64,000 nucleotides of DNA from Eledone cirrhosa. Its lineage: Eukaryota. Below, one piece after another: positions 31,959 to 46,149 of the stretch (positions are counted from its first letter, which is position 1; every line of letters begins with the position of its first letter). Location of the stretch: the NCBI GenBank assembly GCA_964016885.1, contig CAXHJY010001012.1:1-64000 (forward strand), read 5' to 3'. The notes below the pieces were generated by a model. The model was given only the letters and a program-made list of their open reading frames with translations. It had not been told where the DNA came from and did not search any database. The translations under genes and the position numbers were made by a program.

Positions 31959-31960
<2 letters not shown>
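31815..31960 (-). mobile_element. Family C PLE-like 3' end with inversion
   Basis: 31815-31908 is rc of 22532-22627; 31921-31960 matches 6342-6382. Confidence 0.75.
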
Positions 31961-32022
<62 letters not shown>

Positions 32023-32037
32023 ATCAATATATGTACA

Positions 32038-32079
<42 letters not shown>

Positions 32080-32110
32080 ATCAATATATGTACATTCATA
32101 TATATATATT

Positions 32111-32143
<33 letters not shown>

Positions 32144-33489
32144 ACATTTATGAATGTGTGTATATATATATATTTATATATATATGTCCATATATGAATG
32201 TGTGTGTATATATATATATATATATATAAATAAATATATATACATTTATGAATGTATACATATATTAATGTATGTACATTTATGAATGTACACACACATA
32301 TATATATATATAATATAATATAATTTTCTTCTAATATATACATATACGTACGTATATATATATATAAGAAAGAAATTATCATCAATATTGTCTTACCTCA
32401 TGTGTTTCAATTCATTGACACATGCGTCGTTAGTTGTCAGTTTTCAAGTCAACGAACACGTGACATTGTTGTCACTTGGCCTTTGTTTGTTTTTATTTAT
32501 TTATTTATTTATTTATTTATTCATTTATTTGTTTGTGTATTTGTTTTTGTTTCTGTAATTTTTTTTTTCTTTTGGTCTTTATTTTTTTTTTTTTTGGAGG
32601 GCGGTGGTGATGGAGGTTTTGTTTGCGTAACTTAGCCTTCACATACCGACATTGTAGGGGGAGGGTTTGAGAGGAGAGAGATGCGTACATCTGTGCATGT
32701 GTGTGTGTGTGGGGGGGGGGGGGGGGGGGGGGGAGAATGTTAGAAATTTTCAAATGAAAACAATAACAATCGCTGTCAGTCAATAATTTCAGACAAAATC
32801 TTCAACAACAGATAATAATAATAATAATAATAATAATAATTTCATTTATTGGCCACAAGGGCCGACATATAGGGGACAATTCAAAGACAGGGACAGTGGG
32901 GGGGGTTTACAATAAAATTGAGTGAAAATACGCCCTAACTAAAAACAATACTGAAAGAATATAAAAATAATAATAATAACATTGATAAAAATAAAAATAA
33001 AAATAAAATAAGGACGACGATGATAATGATGATGATGATGGTGATAATGATGTCGTCGCTTAAGAGAATGTCTTAAATGATTTTGTAGCCTATAGAATTG
33101 AGTGGATATGATTCGATCTGAAAGAAGATAGACTGTGGATATATGAAAAGATTAATTTTTGTGTGAATAGCATTGAATTATTAACAGCTTGCTAGGCAGT
33201 ATTTTAGCAATGAACAGTTGTTACACTTCCCCGTGTGTTTCCTGTGGTTTATCTTTTACATGTATTCAAGCTATATTTCCTTTTGGGTGGAAATAATGGC
33301 TTAACAATGACATCCTTTCGCTAACACGTGAAGTATTTTTGAAGTTGGAGGAAAAATATGAGCTACACATGCTGCTTGCAGTTAGAAAGTCGATAGCGAA
33401 AGTTCGAGAAAATATTTAAGTGAAAGAGACTTAAAAGACAGTGAACAAATATTAAAGAGATAGAAAAATAATATTTTTTTAAAATTAAA

Positions 33490-33520
<31 letters not shown>

Positions 33521-33533
33521 CTACATATATACA

Positions 33534-33575
<42 letters not shown>

Positions 33576-33611
33576 TTTTTATATATATATATATATATAT
33601 ACATATATTTT

Positions 33612-33671
<60 letters not shown>

Positions 33672-33673
33672 TT

Positions 33674-33706
<33 letters not shown>

Positions 33707-33735
33707 TTATATATATATATAGATATATATATATT

Positions 33736-33855
<120 letters not shown>

Positions 33856-34364
33856 TATTTATATATATATATATAGATATTTATATATATATATATAGAT
33901 ATTTATATATATATATATAGATATTTATATATATATATATAGATATTTATATATATATATATAGATATTTATATATATATATATAGATATATATATATAT
34001 ATATATAGATATTTATATATATATATATAGATATATATATATATATATATAGATATATATATATATATATATAGATATATATAGATATTTATATATATAT
34101 ATATATAGATATTTATATATATATATATATAGATATTTATATATATATATACACATATATATGTATTTATATATATATATATATAATTTTTTAAAAATAC
34201 AACAACAAGAACAACAGTTTTAAAAACAAAATAAGCAACAATATACAATCCCATTTTCAACAAAACAATATTTGTAAGAGAAAGACAGAGAAAATTGAAT
34301 GAATAACGATTTATGAATTCATTTTTCGTTCGGAAAGCATGACGTGGGAAGGAAGGAATTTCAC

Positions 34365-34406
<42 letters not shown>

Positions 34407-34764
34407 CTGAAGAGTTTAGAAAACATACCTATCACTTCATACAATTTATTTTGTGGTGTTTTTTGTTTAGTTTTGTTTAGTTTATGTTTAATTTTTATTT
34501 TCAACTATTTTCACGAGGTGTGAGCTAACTGGCGATTTTTGAAGACAATGTATTTTTGAAAGTGATAGTCAACGATAGAATTTTGGTAAAACAGCAGGAA
34601 GTTGTTCTATTGGGGAAATATTGATATGGAAGTTTTCGAAGCTTCTCTAACTAAATAAAGTTGGTTGCTTTATCTCTTGATATCCTGTAACGAATTTGAA
34701 GAAAATGTCTTAATATGGCGGATGTTAATTCAAACATTTAGAGTGTCTTTTACGTTTAGTGTCT

Positions 34765-35930
34765 TCACCTTTAAGCCCAGCTAGGGCAGCCATATAAGGG
34801 TCACATATCTGAGAGGTATATTACTGAACCTTAATGGATCACATATTTATACAGGGCTGGAGCTACCTTTAAAGCCAACTCGGGCAACCACCTAAGGTAC
34901 AGACCTCAGAGAGTAACATTATGGAACCTTAAAATGTCAAAAGGTCAGTTTTATACAGGGTTGGTGCCACCGCTAAGGTTAACTAGGCAGTCAGATAGGG
35001 CACAGACCTCAAGGAGATACATTACTGGATCTTAAAGCCTCACAGATCTATAAATGGTTGGTGTTACCCTTAAGGCCACCAAGGGCACAGCTTCAGAGAG
35101 GTATATTATAGAACCTTAAAGGATCACATATTTATTCAGGGTTGGTGTTACCTTTAAAGCCAGCTCGGGCAACCACCTAGAGCACAGACCTCAGAGAGGT
35201 GCTTTACTGGATCTTAAAGGTTCACAGTTTTATACAGGGCTGGTGTTACCATTAAGGCCAACTAGGGCTCAGATATCACGGAGGTACGTTACTGGACCGC
35301 AAAGGATCAGTTTTATACAGGACTGGAGTTACCATTAAGGCCAACTAGGGCTCAGATATCACGGAGGTACGTTACTGGACCGCAAAGGATCAGTTTTATA
35401 CAGGGCTGGTGTTACAATTAAGGCCAATTAGCGCTCAGATATCACGGAGGTACGTTACTGGACCGCAAAGGATCAGTTTTATACAGGACTGGAGTTACCA
35501 TTAAGGCCAACTAGGGCTCAGATATCACGGAGGTACGTTACTGGACCGCAAAGGATCAGTTTTATACAGGGCTGGTGTTACAATTAAGGCCAATTAGCGC
35601 TCAGATATCACGGAGGTACGTTACTGGACCCCAAAGGATCAGTTTTATTCAGGGCTGGTGTTACCATTAAGGCCAACTAGGGCTCAGATATCACGGAGGT
35701 ACGTTACTGGACCGCAAAGGATCAGTTTTATACAGGACTGGAGTTACTATTAAAGCCAACTAGGCAGCCACATAAAGCACACACCTCAGAGAGGTGTATT
35801 ATTGAAACTTAAAGGGTCACGATTTTATATGAATTTTTGTATCATACATACTGGGCTAGAGTTACCATTAAGGCCAACAAGCTCAGCCATACAAAGCTCA
35901 GATATCAGAGATGTACTTTACTTAACCATA
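34765..35930. repeat. Satellite: homogeneous 83-bp core units flanked by diverged ~98-bp units
   Basis: Unit starts at 35246, 35329, 35412, 35495, 35578, 35661, 35744. Confidence 0.9.
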
Positions 35931-35999
35931 ATATTTAAAAACAAAGGCTATTACAAATAGCCTTTGTTTTTAAATTCATATCTTACGTCCATATTAAAT

Positions 36000-36072
36000 T
36001 TTCATTCTGATGAGTGATTTCAGACGTCTCTGTTGAGCTCGTCTGTCTTCGTGAAACCTTTGGTAAATGGAA
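36000..36072 (+). ncRNA. Type I hammerhead, family F
   Basis: tttcatt/aatggaa; CTGATGA 36007; cagacg/cgtctg in stem II; GAAA 36053; cc-ttt-gg; GUA triplet. Confidence 0.75.
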
Positions 36073-36534
36073 TAATTGTCTTATGTTGTTTATTACATAA
36101 TTAAATAGCTCTGTAACATACATAGAACATCCTCCTTTCCTTTACTCCTCCTACGGAAATACTTCATATATATATGTATATATATATAGGAAAATGTTCA
36201 AGACCTCGACGACAGAGCTCAAGCCGTTTCGACGGCTATTTCTGGACCGTCTGGAAATAGCCATCGAAACGGCTTGAGCTCTGCCGCCGGGGTCTGGAAC
36301 ATTTTCCAATTACCCACACTACTACCCTAAGTATTGAGTAATCTGGGGCGTTATGGTCCATCTTGTTCCTTATCACATCTCCTTCGTTATATATATATAT
36401 ATATATATATATTTTGGTGGGGAACAATAACTGAGAGAAGGGATCGTGTCACATTGTAAGTCTTGCTTACTTAGGTTGATAAATATCCAACTTCCGGACA
36501 TCCCGCGTAACAAAATATTATAAGGTCCTTTTGT

Positions 36535-37166
36535 CCGACCGACCCTCTACCTAAGTCAGGTCACCAGTTGGTGCTACTGGTAACATGTATCCCAGTACAA
36601 CATGTCTCATGGTCGGGTCGTTGGCGACTAAACTGGCAACCCCACCAAGATTTCTTGGTGAGGAGGGTGACTTTGGACATCCCGCAGGACTAAAAACAAA
36701 ACCTGTCAAAGGGCAAAGGAACTCCTGGGAGCTCTTAAGAGCTCTTGGAGTCAATGGCCATCCGAAACCAGCACGGCCCGCCGAAAGGCGTTGCAGTGCC
36801 GGAAAAGTCAACCTCCTGCTACTAGTATGCTGGTAAGCTAGTACAACCTATCTCCAGACGGATAGAGTGGGTCCGTAGCTTTGGTTAGCAACTACTCTAG
36901 TGCTTGCAACACGAACAATTAGGGCGAGGGTATAAATGCCAGGTTGGTATCTGGCGCCGGGTAACCCACCACACGGAGGAGAAAGCACCTTCTTCAAGAC
37001 TTGGCTGTCAAATTCTTTCACATGTGTGTAGTAGTGGCGCCCACACACGTTATTAGCTATTTGAAAAGATGATGGATTTCGCAACTAACTGCACCAGGGT
37101 TCTTAATTCTGGGGCATGAGAGTGAGATTCATCATCTCGACAGTAGTCGACGAAGGATGATGATGA
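36535..37166 (+). mobile_element. Non-coding retroelement-like repeat ending in (GAT)n
   Basis: Head shared with 3908-4100; ends tcgacagtagtcga-cgaaggatgatgatga. Confidence 0.55.
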
Positions 37167-37459
37167 CTGGGTATGCCCACGCACCGCCTTTGTAGATGTA
37201 AATATGCTACTTGTTTGATTTTTTCCGCTTTTTTTTTTTTTTTTTTGTTTGTTTTATTTTCCTACAGACAGGGGTCAATAACTTGAAAGGTTTTTAACTC
37301 TTATTGATTTGTGAGATCAATGACATCTTAATCACAAGTAATTCGTCTCCGACATTTAAAATAAAATGGCGGGATTACATATTTTGTTTGCATTTATATT
37401 CTCTTTCAAACAACAAAAGATTAACATTTATTTTCATAATAATACCGATAATGACAATG

Positions 37460-37646
37460 ATAATTGTTTCTACTTTTGGCACAAGGCCAGCAATTATACC
37501 AGTGTATTACTGGTACTTTATTTTATCGACCCCGTAAGGATGAAAGGCAAAATTAACCTCGCCAGGATTTGAAATCAGACCCTAAAGGGCCGTAACTCTT
37601 TGCTGAAAAGCATGGCGTCCGACCCTCTACCGATACTGCCAATCCA
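37460..37646 (-). mobile_element. SINE family 1
   Basis: Full-length reverse-complement copy. Confidence 0.9.
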
Positions 37647-38228
37647 ATGATTATGATGATGAGGGAGAGTGATCGACTCGGGATGGGTTTCCCAAGATTT
37701 TTGAAACGCAGAACCCTTTTTGGTTCAGAAACCTTTGTGGTAGAGGGATAACCCTCAAATCTAATACTGTTATATGGTCGAAATATAAATATACCCCTTT
37801 ACCGTTTTTTACAGAACCTCAGTCACCCCTTTGTTGAAACCTTGGGTTCCATGGAACCTACTTAGGGAACGACCGGCCTAGGGAATGGTCAAGAGAGGAT
37901 GTGTCGACGGTTAAAGGGTTCGTTCGGATCGCAACTACGTGATGTGATTTTGGGGTCCATTTCCGACCAAGTAGCACCACTCAGGCTCTGTTAAATATCT
38001 TTTATTATAGTCTCGGGGTCAACAATGGTTTATCAACGAAATACACACTCTCTCTCTCTCTCTCTCTCTCTCCCCTCTCTCCCCCTCTCCCTCCTCTCTC
38101 TCCGCCTCCCTTTATCTCCCCCCCCTCTCTCCCCCCTCCCCTCTCTCTCCCCCTCCTCGCTCTCTCTCTCTCCCTCCCCTCTCTCTCTCTCTCGCTCTCA
38201 CACCTGTGTGTGTATATATATGTGTTTG

Positions 38229-38273
<45 letters not shown>

Positions 38274-38277
38274 CACA

Positions 38278-38308
<31 letters not shown>

Positions 38309-38455
38309 TATATATATATATATATATGTATGACCCCGACGGCAGAGCTCAAGCCGTTTCGTCGGCTATTTCTGGACTATTACCATCTCCACTACCCTAA
38401 GTATTGAGTACTCTGGTGCGTTATGGTCCATCTGGTTCCTTACCACAACTCTTTC

Positions 38456-38503
<48 letters not shown>

Positions 38504-38621
38504 CACGCCCACAGATTTATGCTTACACAGGTACCCAGATACATTTTTTTATTTATATTCATATTGGTAACAAATACGCACACATACACTTCTATTATAT
38601 ATATATAAAATAAAGTACCAG

Positions 38622-38661
<40 letters not shown>

Positions 38662-38715
38662 AAGTACCAGTAATGCACTGGGTAATTGCTGGCCTTGTGC
38701 CTAAAGTAGAAACAA

Positions 38716-38746
<31 letters not shown>

Positions 38747-38818
38747 ACTAAAGATTAATATGCCAATACTGGAATTGTATAATCAAGACCGTAGCGGTAT
38801 GTCATATATCAAATCACA

Positions 38819-38888
38819 TATTTTATCTGATGAAGACGTACTGAAAAAAAAAAAAACACAGTACCTTTGAAATATATATAATAAAGCA
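38819..38888 (+). ncRNA. Type I hammerhead, family E
   Basis: CTGATGA 38827; gtactg/cagtac; GAAA 38869; tatata-TA-ataaag. Confidence 0.75.
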
Positions 38889-39016
38889 TATATTTTGATT
38901 AGTGAATATCTTTCATTTGTTAATATTTTGAATAATATATATATATATATATATATAACTTGAACCGCTAAGAGATATTCTCCTTGGTTATGTCAAAATT
39001 TATAAAACACACTTCG

Positions 39017-39077
39017 TATTTTATCTGATGAGAGCGTACCAAAATGTTGGTACCCTTGAAATATATATAATAGAATA
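39017..39077 (+). ncRNA. Type I hammerhead, family B
   Basis: tattttat/atagaata; CTGATGA 39025; gtaccaa/ttggtac; GAAA 39058. Confidence 0.8.
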
Positions 39078-39157
39078 AATATGGTTTTATAAATATAGTT
39101 TCCATTTATTTAATATCATTGTGTATATATATATATATAATAGAAGTGTATTTTTGC

Positions 39158-39203
<46 letters not shown>

Positions 39204-39401
39204 GGGTGTATGTGTGTGTCAACACGATCTAGTATGTATGTATGTGCTTCAGAGCATGCGTTTCTATATTTATGTGTGTGTATGTATGTGTGTGTTTGTA
39301 CAAAATGGTCCATGTGTTGACAAGCTGTCTTTAACGAAGTGTGTGGCCAGTAACATGTGAGAAGATAATAGGGATGTATATACCTTATAACCGCATCTCT
39401 C

Positions 39402-39450
<49 letters not shown>

Positions 39451-39619
39451 GTTTAAATATATATATATATACACACGTTTAAATATATATATATACACAT
39501 TCAGAGTCTCATACATTACAATAGCATCAGGCATGAAACAATGCCTTTCCGCCTCTCTCTACGTGCATGTATATATATTTATATACATATATACACATAC
39601 ATATATGTATGTGTGCTTA

Positions 39620-39660
<41 letters not shown>

Positions 39661-39816
39661 CTCTCTCCCTTTATATATATATATTTATATATATATATAT
39701 GGGAGGGTCATACGAAAAAGGAAATATGTATATACATATATATATTATATATATAAATATATATACACATCTGTCTCTCTCGCTCTATATATATATATAA
39801 TATATATATATATATG

Positions 39817-39884
<68 letters not shown>

Positions 39885-40315
39885 CACACACACACTCACA
39901 GACGTACGTACACACATGTTCCTATTTTGAAATATATACCCGGAAAACGGAACAAAGAATAAACAATACAACATTACACACGCATCTCTCTATATAAAAC
40001 AATGACACAACGTCTTAAGTCTAACACCAGAATGACAGAATCACCAGTTTAACGTTATAACGAACACGAATACACTCTCTTCAAACGTTATTAACTGTCG
40101 TCCATTTTTATAGCTGTTGACTTCATCATTATCTCCTTTTTCATCGTCGTCATCTATATTGTTGTTGTTATAGATGTTGATTTTATCAATTATTGCTATT
40201 AGTGACGTTGTCATTATAATGTTGTTGTTCTTGTTGTTGTTTTTTTACGTAAGTTTATATGTTGTTGTTCTTGTTATATACCGCGTGGCTTGTATTTTAT
40301 TATATACACACACAA

Positions 40316-40364
<49 letters not shown>

Positions 40365-40637
40365 TGTGTGTGTGTGCGTATGTATACATAAATATATTTA
40401 TATAGACACATATTTACATATATATCTATATATACATACAGACACACACTCACGCACACACACATACACACAAACATATATATATATATATATATATATG
40501 TACATTTATGCATGCATATATATGAGGGTATATATAGTTACATACATTTATATATTTATATATACGTATATATTTATAATATATACATACATTTATATAT
40601 ATATTTATATGTATACATACATAGATACCTATACGTG

Positions 40638-40688
<51 letters not shown>

Positions 40689-40699
40689 ATATATTTATT

Positions 40700-40752
<53 letters not shown>

Positions 40753-40811
40753 ATATTTATATATATATTTATATATTTATATATATATTTATATATTTAT
40801 ATATATATTTA

Positions 40812-40890
<79 letters not shown>

Positions 40891-41475
40891 ATATATACAT
40901 ACATACACATATACAAATATAAAGATATATATATATATATATGTATTTTTTCCTATATATTATTTCCTCTGTTAGATAAGAGACTGTAATTTCATTAGGT
41001 ACCTTGGTGAGACTTAATTAACTCTAACCAATATATCTCAAAAGATTAGGTGGAGTTTTCCTAAAGAAAATCGAGAAAGTTCCTAATTTGAAAGAAACAA
41101 GTGAAGGCGGCGGCGGATGAGAGGGTGTAGGAGTGGGCGAGGCGGGGCGGAAACTTAACAACTTTGTCAAATTCTAAAGTTTTTCCTTTTGTTTGTTGCC
41201 TTTGTTTTGTTTCTTCCTTGTTTTGTCCGATATTTTTCTGTTGTTGTTTTTTGTTTTGTTTTTTGTTTTTTCCGAAGGGGGCGGCGGGGGGGGGGGGTCT
41301 TATTATCATTAATATTATTATTATTATTATTATTACTATTATTATTATTTTCACCTCTCCCTTTCTCGCCTTTTTCTCCTCTAATTTCGCCTTTACATGT
41401 ATTCCTCTCAGCTTTCCTCTCTTTTTTTTATTTTTATTTTTTACTTTTTGAAATTTTTATTTTTATTTTTACCAT

Positions 41476-41690
41476 TCTTCTTCTTCTTCTTCTTCTTCTT
41501 CTTCTTCTTCTTCTTCTTCTTCTTCTTCTTCTTCTTCTTCGCCTTCTTTTTCTTATTTTTCTTCTTCTTCTTCTTCTTCGCCTTCTTCTTCTTCGCCTCC
41601 TTCTTCTTCTTCTTCCCCTCCTCCTCCGCTTTCTTCTTCTCCTCCTCTTTCTTCTTCTTCTTCTTTTTCTTCTTCTTCTTCTCCTTCTTT
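41476..41690. repeat. (CTT)n microsatellite
   Basis: Direct inspection. Confidence 0.95.
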
Positions 41691-41955
41691 CTAGAGAAAA
41701 TGATATTAAATTATTCCAGATAAAACACATCGCTTTGAGAATACCAAAATTTTCCTCGTTTTTGAAAATATGTTAGTCAAAAAAGTTTTAGTGAAAACAC
41801 TCGCTAACTGACTCAGTGGCTTCGTAGAACAAGTAGTGCGACATTTTGAAATGTAAAGTTACTTAACACATTGAAGAACACTGTCTGCGTAAATATGTTT
41901 CGAATCCCTGTTGAATAAAACACATTCACTGTTTACTTTAGGTTAGTTTTCGCTT

Positions 41956-42026
<71 letters not shown>

Positions 42027-42295
42027 CAAATATATTACACAGAGAGAAGTGTGTTACACAGTGAGATGTGTGTAAAAAATTATACTTTAATTCCGATCTT
42101 TGTATATTTAACGAGCTCCAGATTGTACAACTAATAAATTCGAATGGTTGGGCAGCTCTCTCTAGCATTTTCCCCCAATTCAGGAGAGCCGTTATTTGAT
42201 GGACATAACACGTGATTTCGCCCTACTCTGGGCAGCGTGATATTAGCTTTCTCTCTATCCATTAGGCTAGATGTGTGGTAAACAGTACCCATACA

Positions 42296-42367
42296 TGCTG
42301 ACTGAAGATCCTATGGGCTGTTATACCGCACATTTCTGTGGTGAAACGAACTAAATTCCTATCAGCA
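42296..42367 (+). ncRNA. Candidate degenerate hammerhead
   Basis: tgctga/tcagca; CTGAAGA 42302; GAAA 42343; stem III gaa/ttc with one mismatch; irregular stem II. Confidence 0.5.
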
Positions 42368-42634
42368 AGCTTATAGTTATAAGGTTAGTAATTTAAAACT
42401 CTACTTCAGAGATTTTATTCTGACTTAGGTTTTTTTCTATTTAATTGCTAACCTGTAGGTATTGTTCTCCATACAGTAACGGTTAAACTCACATGTAATA
42501 TTTTTTTACACATATCTCACTGTGTAACACACTTCTCTCTGTGTAATATATTTGTATTTGAGCTCAGATGAAAATTCTCTGTTCTTCTTCGAACTAGTAT
42601 TATTATTATTACTGTAAACTTTAATTCCGATGTT

Positions 42635-42692
<58 letters not shown>

Positions 42693-42996
42693 AAAGTATC
42701 CACAGTAAGTTGTGGGGTCTATTCTGTATGAAGAACTCAATGTAATCCATATGTTGAAAATGTTGTAGGTCCCGGAAATGTTATAAATCCCGGAAAACAA
42801 TAAAACATTAAAGGAAAAACAGAGTCATAATATTAGTTAAAACGATGAAATAAAAAATCAAGTTATTAGAAATATACATAGAAGTATATTTCTAATGACT
42901 TGATATTTTATTTCATTGTTTTAACTTATATATATCTCTCTCTCTCTATATATATACGATATTAACAAATGGAAACTATATTTATAAAACCATATT

Positions 42997-43061
42997 TATT
43001 TCATTATACATATTTCAAGGACACCAAGTTAAATTATGGTGTGCTTTCATCAGACAAAATA
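42997..43061 (-). ncRNA. Type I hammerhead, family B (left arm of palindrome)
   Basis: Reverse complement of 43199-43263. Confidence 0.8.
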
Positions 43062-43198
43062 TAATATAGATCAGTTTTATAAATAAATATTGACATATCC
43101 TTAAAAAATGCAACCATTACTGTTGGAAGCTCCCGGATAGTAATGGTTGCATTTTTTAAGGGTATGTCAATATTTATTTATAAAACTGATCTATATTA

Positions 43199-43263
43199 TA
43201 TTTTGTCTGATGAAAGCACACCATAATTTAACTTGGTGTCCTTGAAATATGTATAATGAAATA
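43199..43263 (+). ncRNA. Type I hammerhead, family B (right arm of palindrome)
   Basis: tattttgt/atgaaata; CTGATGA 43207; acacca/tggtgt; GAAA 43244; tatgta-TA. Confidence 0.8.
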
Positions 43264-43283
43264 AATATGGTTTTATAAATATA

Positions 43284-44462
43284 CCACCACCACAACCACC
43301 ACCAATACTGCCATCATAACTAGCACCGTGACTACCACCATTACCAATACGACTATAACTACTACCAATACCACCACCACAACCACCACCAATACCACCA
43401 CCACAACCACCACCAAGACTACCACCACATCCACCACCAAGACTACCACCACAACCACCACCAATACTACCACCACAACCACCACCAATACTACCATCAT
43501 AACTAGCACCGTGACTACCACCATTACCAATACGACTATAACTACTACCAATACCACCACCACAACCACCACCAATACCACCACCACAACCACCACCAAG
43601 ACTACCACCACATCCACCACCAAGACTACCACCACATCCACCACCAAGACTACCACCACAACCACCACCAATACTACCACCACAACCACCACCAATACTA
43701 CCATCATAACTAGCACCGTGACTACCACCATTACCAATACGACCATAACCACCAACACTACCATAACTACTTCCAATGCCACCAACACCAGCACCACAAA
43801 TACTACCACAATAACCATCACCTCAACCACCATAATCATCACCAACACCACCACCATCGACACCATAACTACCACCGCCATTACAAAACTTCTACACTCG
43901 TTCCTCTTCTCTACATATAACCATATCAGCTTTCAACACCACCGACACCACCATCACCCCCACTGCTATCACCCCCACTACTATCACCCCCACCCCACCA
44001 CCATGTCTGAAACATCCTCCCCACCCCTTCTATCTCTCTTCCTCCCTTATATACGCCAATGTTCCGCCTCAATGAACTTAGCCGGCCGAGACATATTAAC
44101 ATTTTTATTACCCCCACCATCGTCATCACCTCACCGCCGCCAACCCCCTCTACTCCTCGCCGCCACCACTACCGTCATCACCTCGCCGCCGCCACTCTCA
44201 TCACATCGCCGCCGCCGCCGCCACCCTCGTCACCTCGCCGCCGCCACTACCGTCATCACCTCGCCGCCTCCGCCACCGTCGTCACCTCGCCGCCGCCACC
44301 ACTCTCATCACATCGCCGCCGCCGCCACCCTCGTTACCTCGCCGCCGGCCGCCACCGTCATCACCTCGCCGCCGCCGCCGCCACCCCTCATCACCTCGCC
44401 GGCGCCGCCCTCATCACTTCGCCGCCGCCACCCTCATCACCTCGCCGCCACCACCCTCATCA
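43284..44462. repeat. ACC- and GCC-based minisatellites
   Basis: Direct inspection. Confidence 0.9.
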
Positions 44463-44543
44463 TGACACGAACGATTAACTTCTCCTTTGCTGTCTATTTC
44501 GAAGGATAAGGAGCGGAGCAAAGCCACATTGCACGTCGGAATA

Positions 44544-44615
<72 letters not shown>

Positions 44616-44879
44616 GTGGGTAGTGTAGGAGGCACAGCTATATATGTATATATATATATTTTTATTATATATAACAGAGAGAGAGAGAGAGACGCAACGA
44701 GAAAGTGATATACACTATATATACTATATGTATATATTTGTATGTATATATTTGTACGTATGTATTTGTATGTATATCTATGTATATACATTTGTACGTA
44801 TGTACATATATATATGTATATATGTATACTGTATATATATATATATGTATATTGTATATATATATATATATGTATACTG

Positions 44880-44917
<38 letters not shown>

Positions 44918-44960
44918 TATATGTATACCGTATATATGTATGTATGTATGTATATATATG

Positions 44961-45970
44961 AATACCTCTTCTCTTCTTTATGCGTGCGAGACCTGGGTCA
45001 CATATCGACACCACCTTAAGCAATTTGAGCGTTTCCATCAGATGTGTCTCAGACGGATCCATGGCGTTCACTGGAGGGACCACATCAGTGATGTCGAGAT
45101 TTTGGAAAGCTCTATGTGTGACAGTATAGAAGCTCTTGTGCTTAAGCAACGACTCCATTGGAGTGGTCACCATGCCAGGATGAAGGATTCTAGAATACCC
45201 AAACAACTCTTTTATGGAGAGTTAGTTAAAGGAAAACGACCGCCACACAAACCAAAAAAGAGGTATAAGGATTCCTTGAAAGCCTCTTTGAAAGACGCTA
45301 ACATCTCTGCTGATACATAGGAAAATGTTGCTGCTGATCGTAATAAATGGAGAAAGACTGTATATGAGGGAAAAGTTGCCTTTGAGGCATCTCGAATCAC
45401 ATACGAGAAAGTAAAGCGGGATGTGAGGAAGGGCATTGCTGTTGCACTTCCAGACGGCGAAGGTCCTCCTATGGTGCAGACATGCAGCGTCTGTGCGAGA
45501 CTCTGCCTAAACAAAGCTGGACTCGAAAGTCATCTTCGCAGTCATAAAGTAAGACCAGTGGTTGACTACCAGGCTGCTGTTGGAGATGCTACTCATCAAG
45601 CTTGCCAAGCATGTGGTAGAGAATGTAAATCAGCAGGAGGGCTCAAGCGACATGCAAAAGTACATGAACTCCAACCACAGCCGGCTATTCCCAGTGAATG
45701 TTTTGGTTGCCGACTCTGTGCAAGGCATTTTAGATCATTGGCTGGACTAAAAAGCCACATTCGATCACAGCGCTGTTAATTGCTATCGTGTGTGTGTGTG
45801 TGTGTGTAGATATGTTCATGTGTGTGCGCGTGTGTGTATATATATATATATATATGTATTATTATTGTTGTTGTTGTCGTTATTATTATTGTTGTTGTTG
45901 TTGTTATTATTATGTTTGTTTTTTTTTCTCGTGCAATGGCCGTACTTGATAACGAGGGGGCAGCCATCAT
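44961..45970 (+). mobile_element. 5'-truncated RTE (BovB-like) LINE: ORF C-terminus with one nonsense codon and 3 C2H2 fingers, plus 3' tail
   Basis: [28 protein letters not shown]...RIPKQLFYGEL..GKR....PKKRYKD; TAG at 45318 is in frame with 45423-45779. Confidence 0.92.
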
Positions 45971-45973
45971 ATG

Positions 45974-46014
<41 letters not shown>

Positions 46015-46149
46015 ACAGTATAGATAAGTATGTACATATTTGTATTATGTATATACTTATATATATATATAAGTATATGTATATACAATATATATATATA
46101 TATATATATATGTTAATTTATGTGGTTCACCACGGGATAGAATTGGTCA

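Noticed and set aside
35241-35760. Regular repeats suggesting a CRISPR array
   Set aside because: No unique spacers, no cas genes, eukaryotic context
37680-37880. Possible hAT-type MITE (ggtttcccaa...tagggaac)
   Set aside because: Termini too degenerate to support
41434-41730. Protamine-like poly-Arg ORF
   Set aside because: Translation of (AAG)n microsatellite
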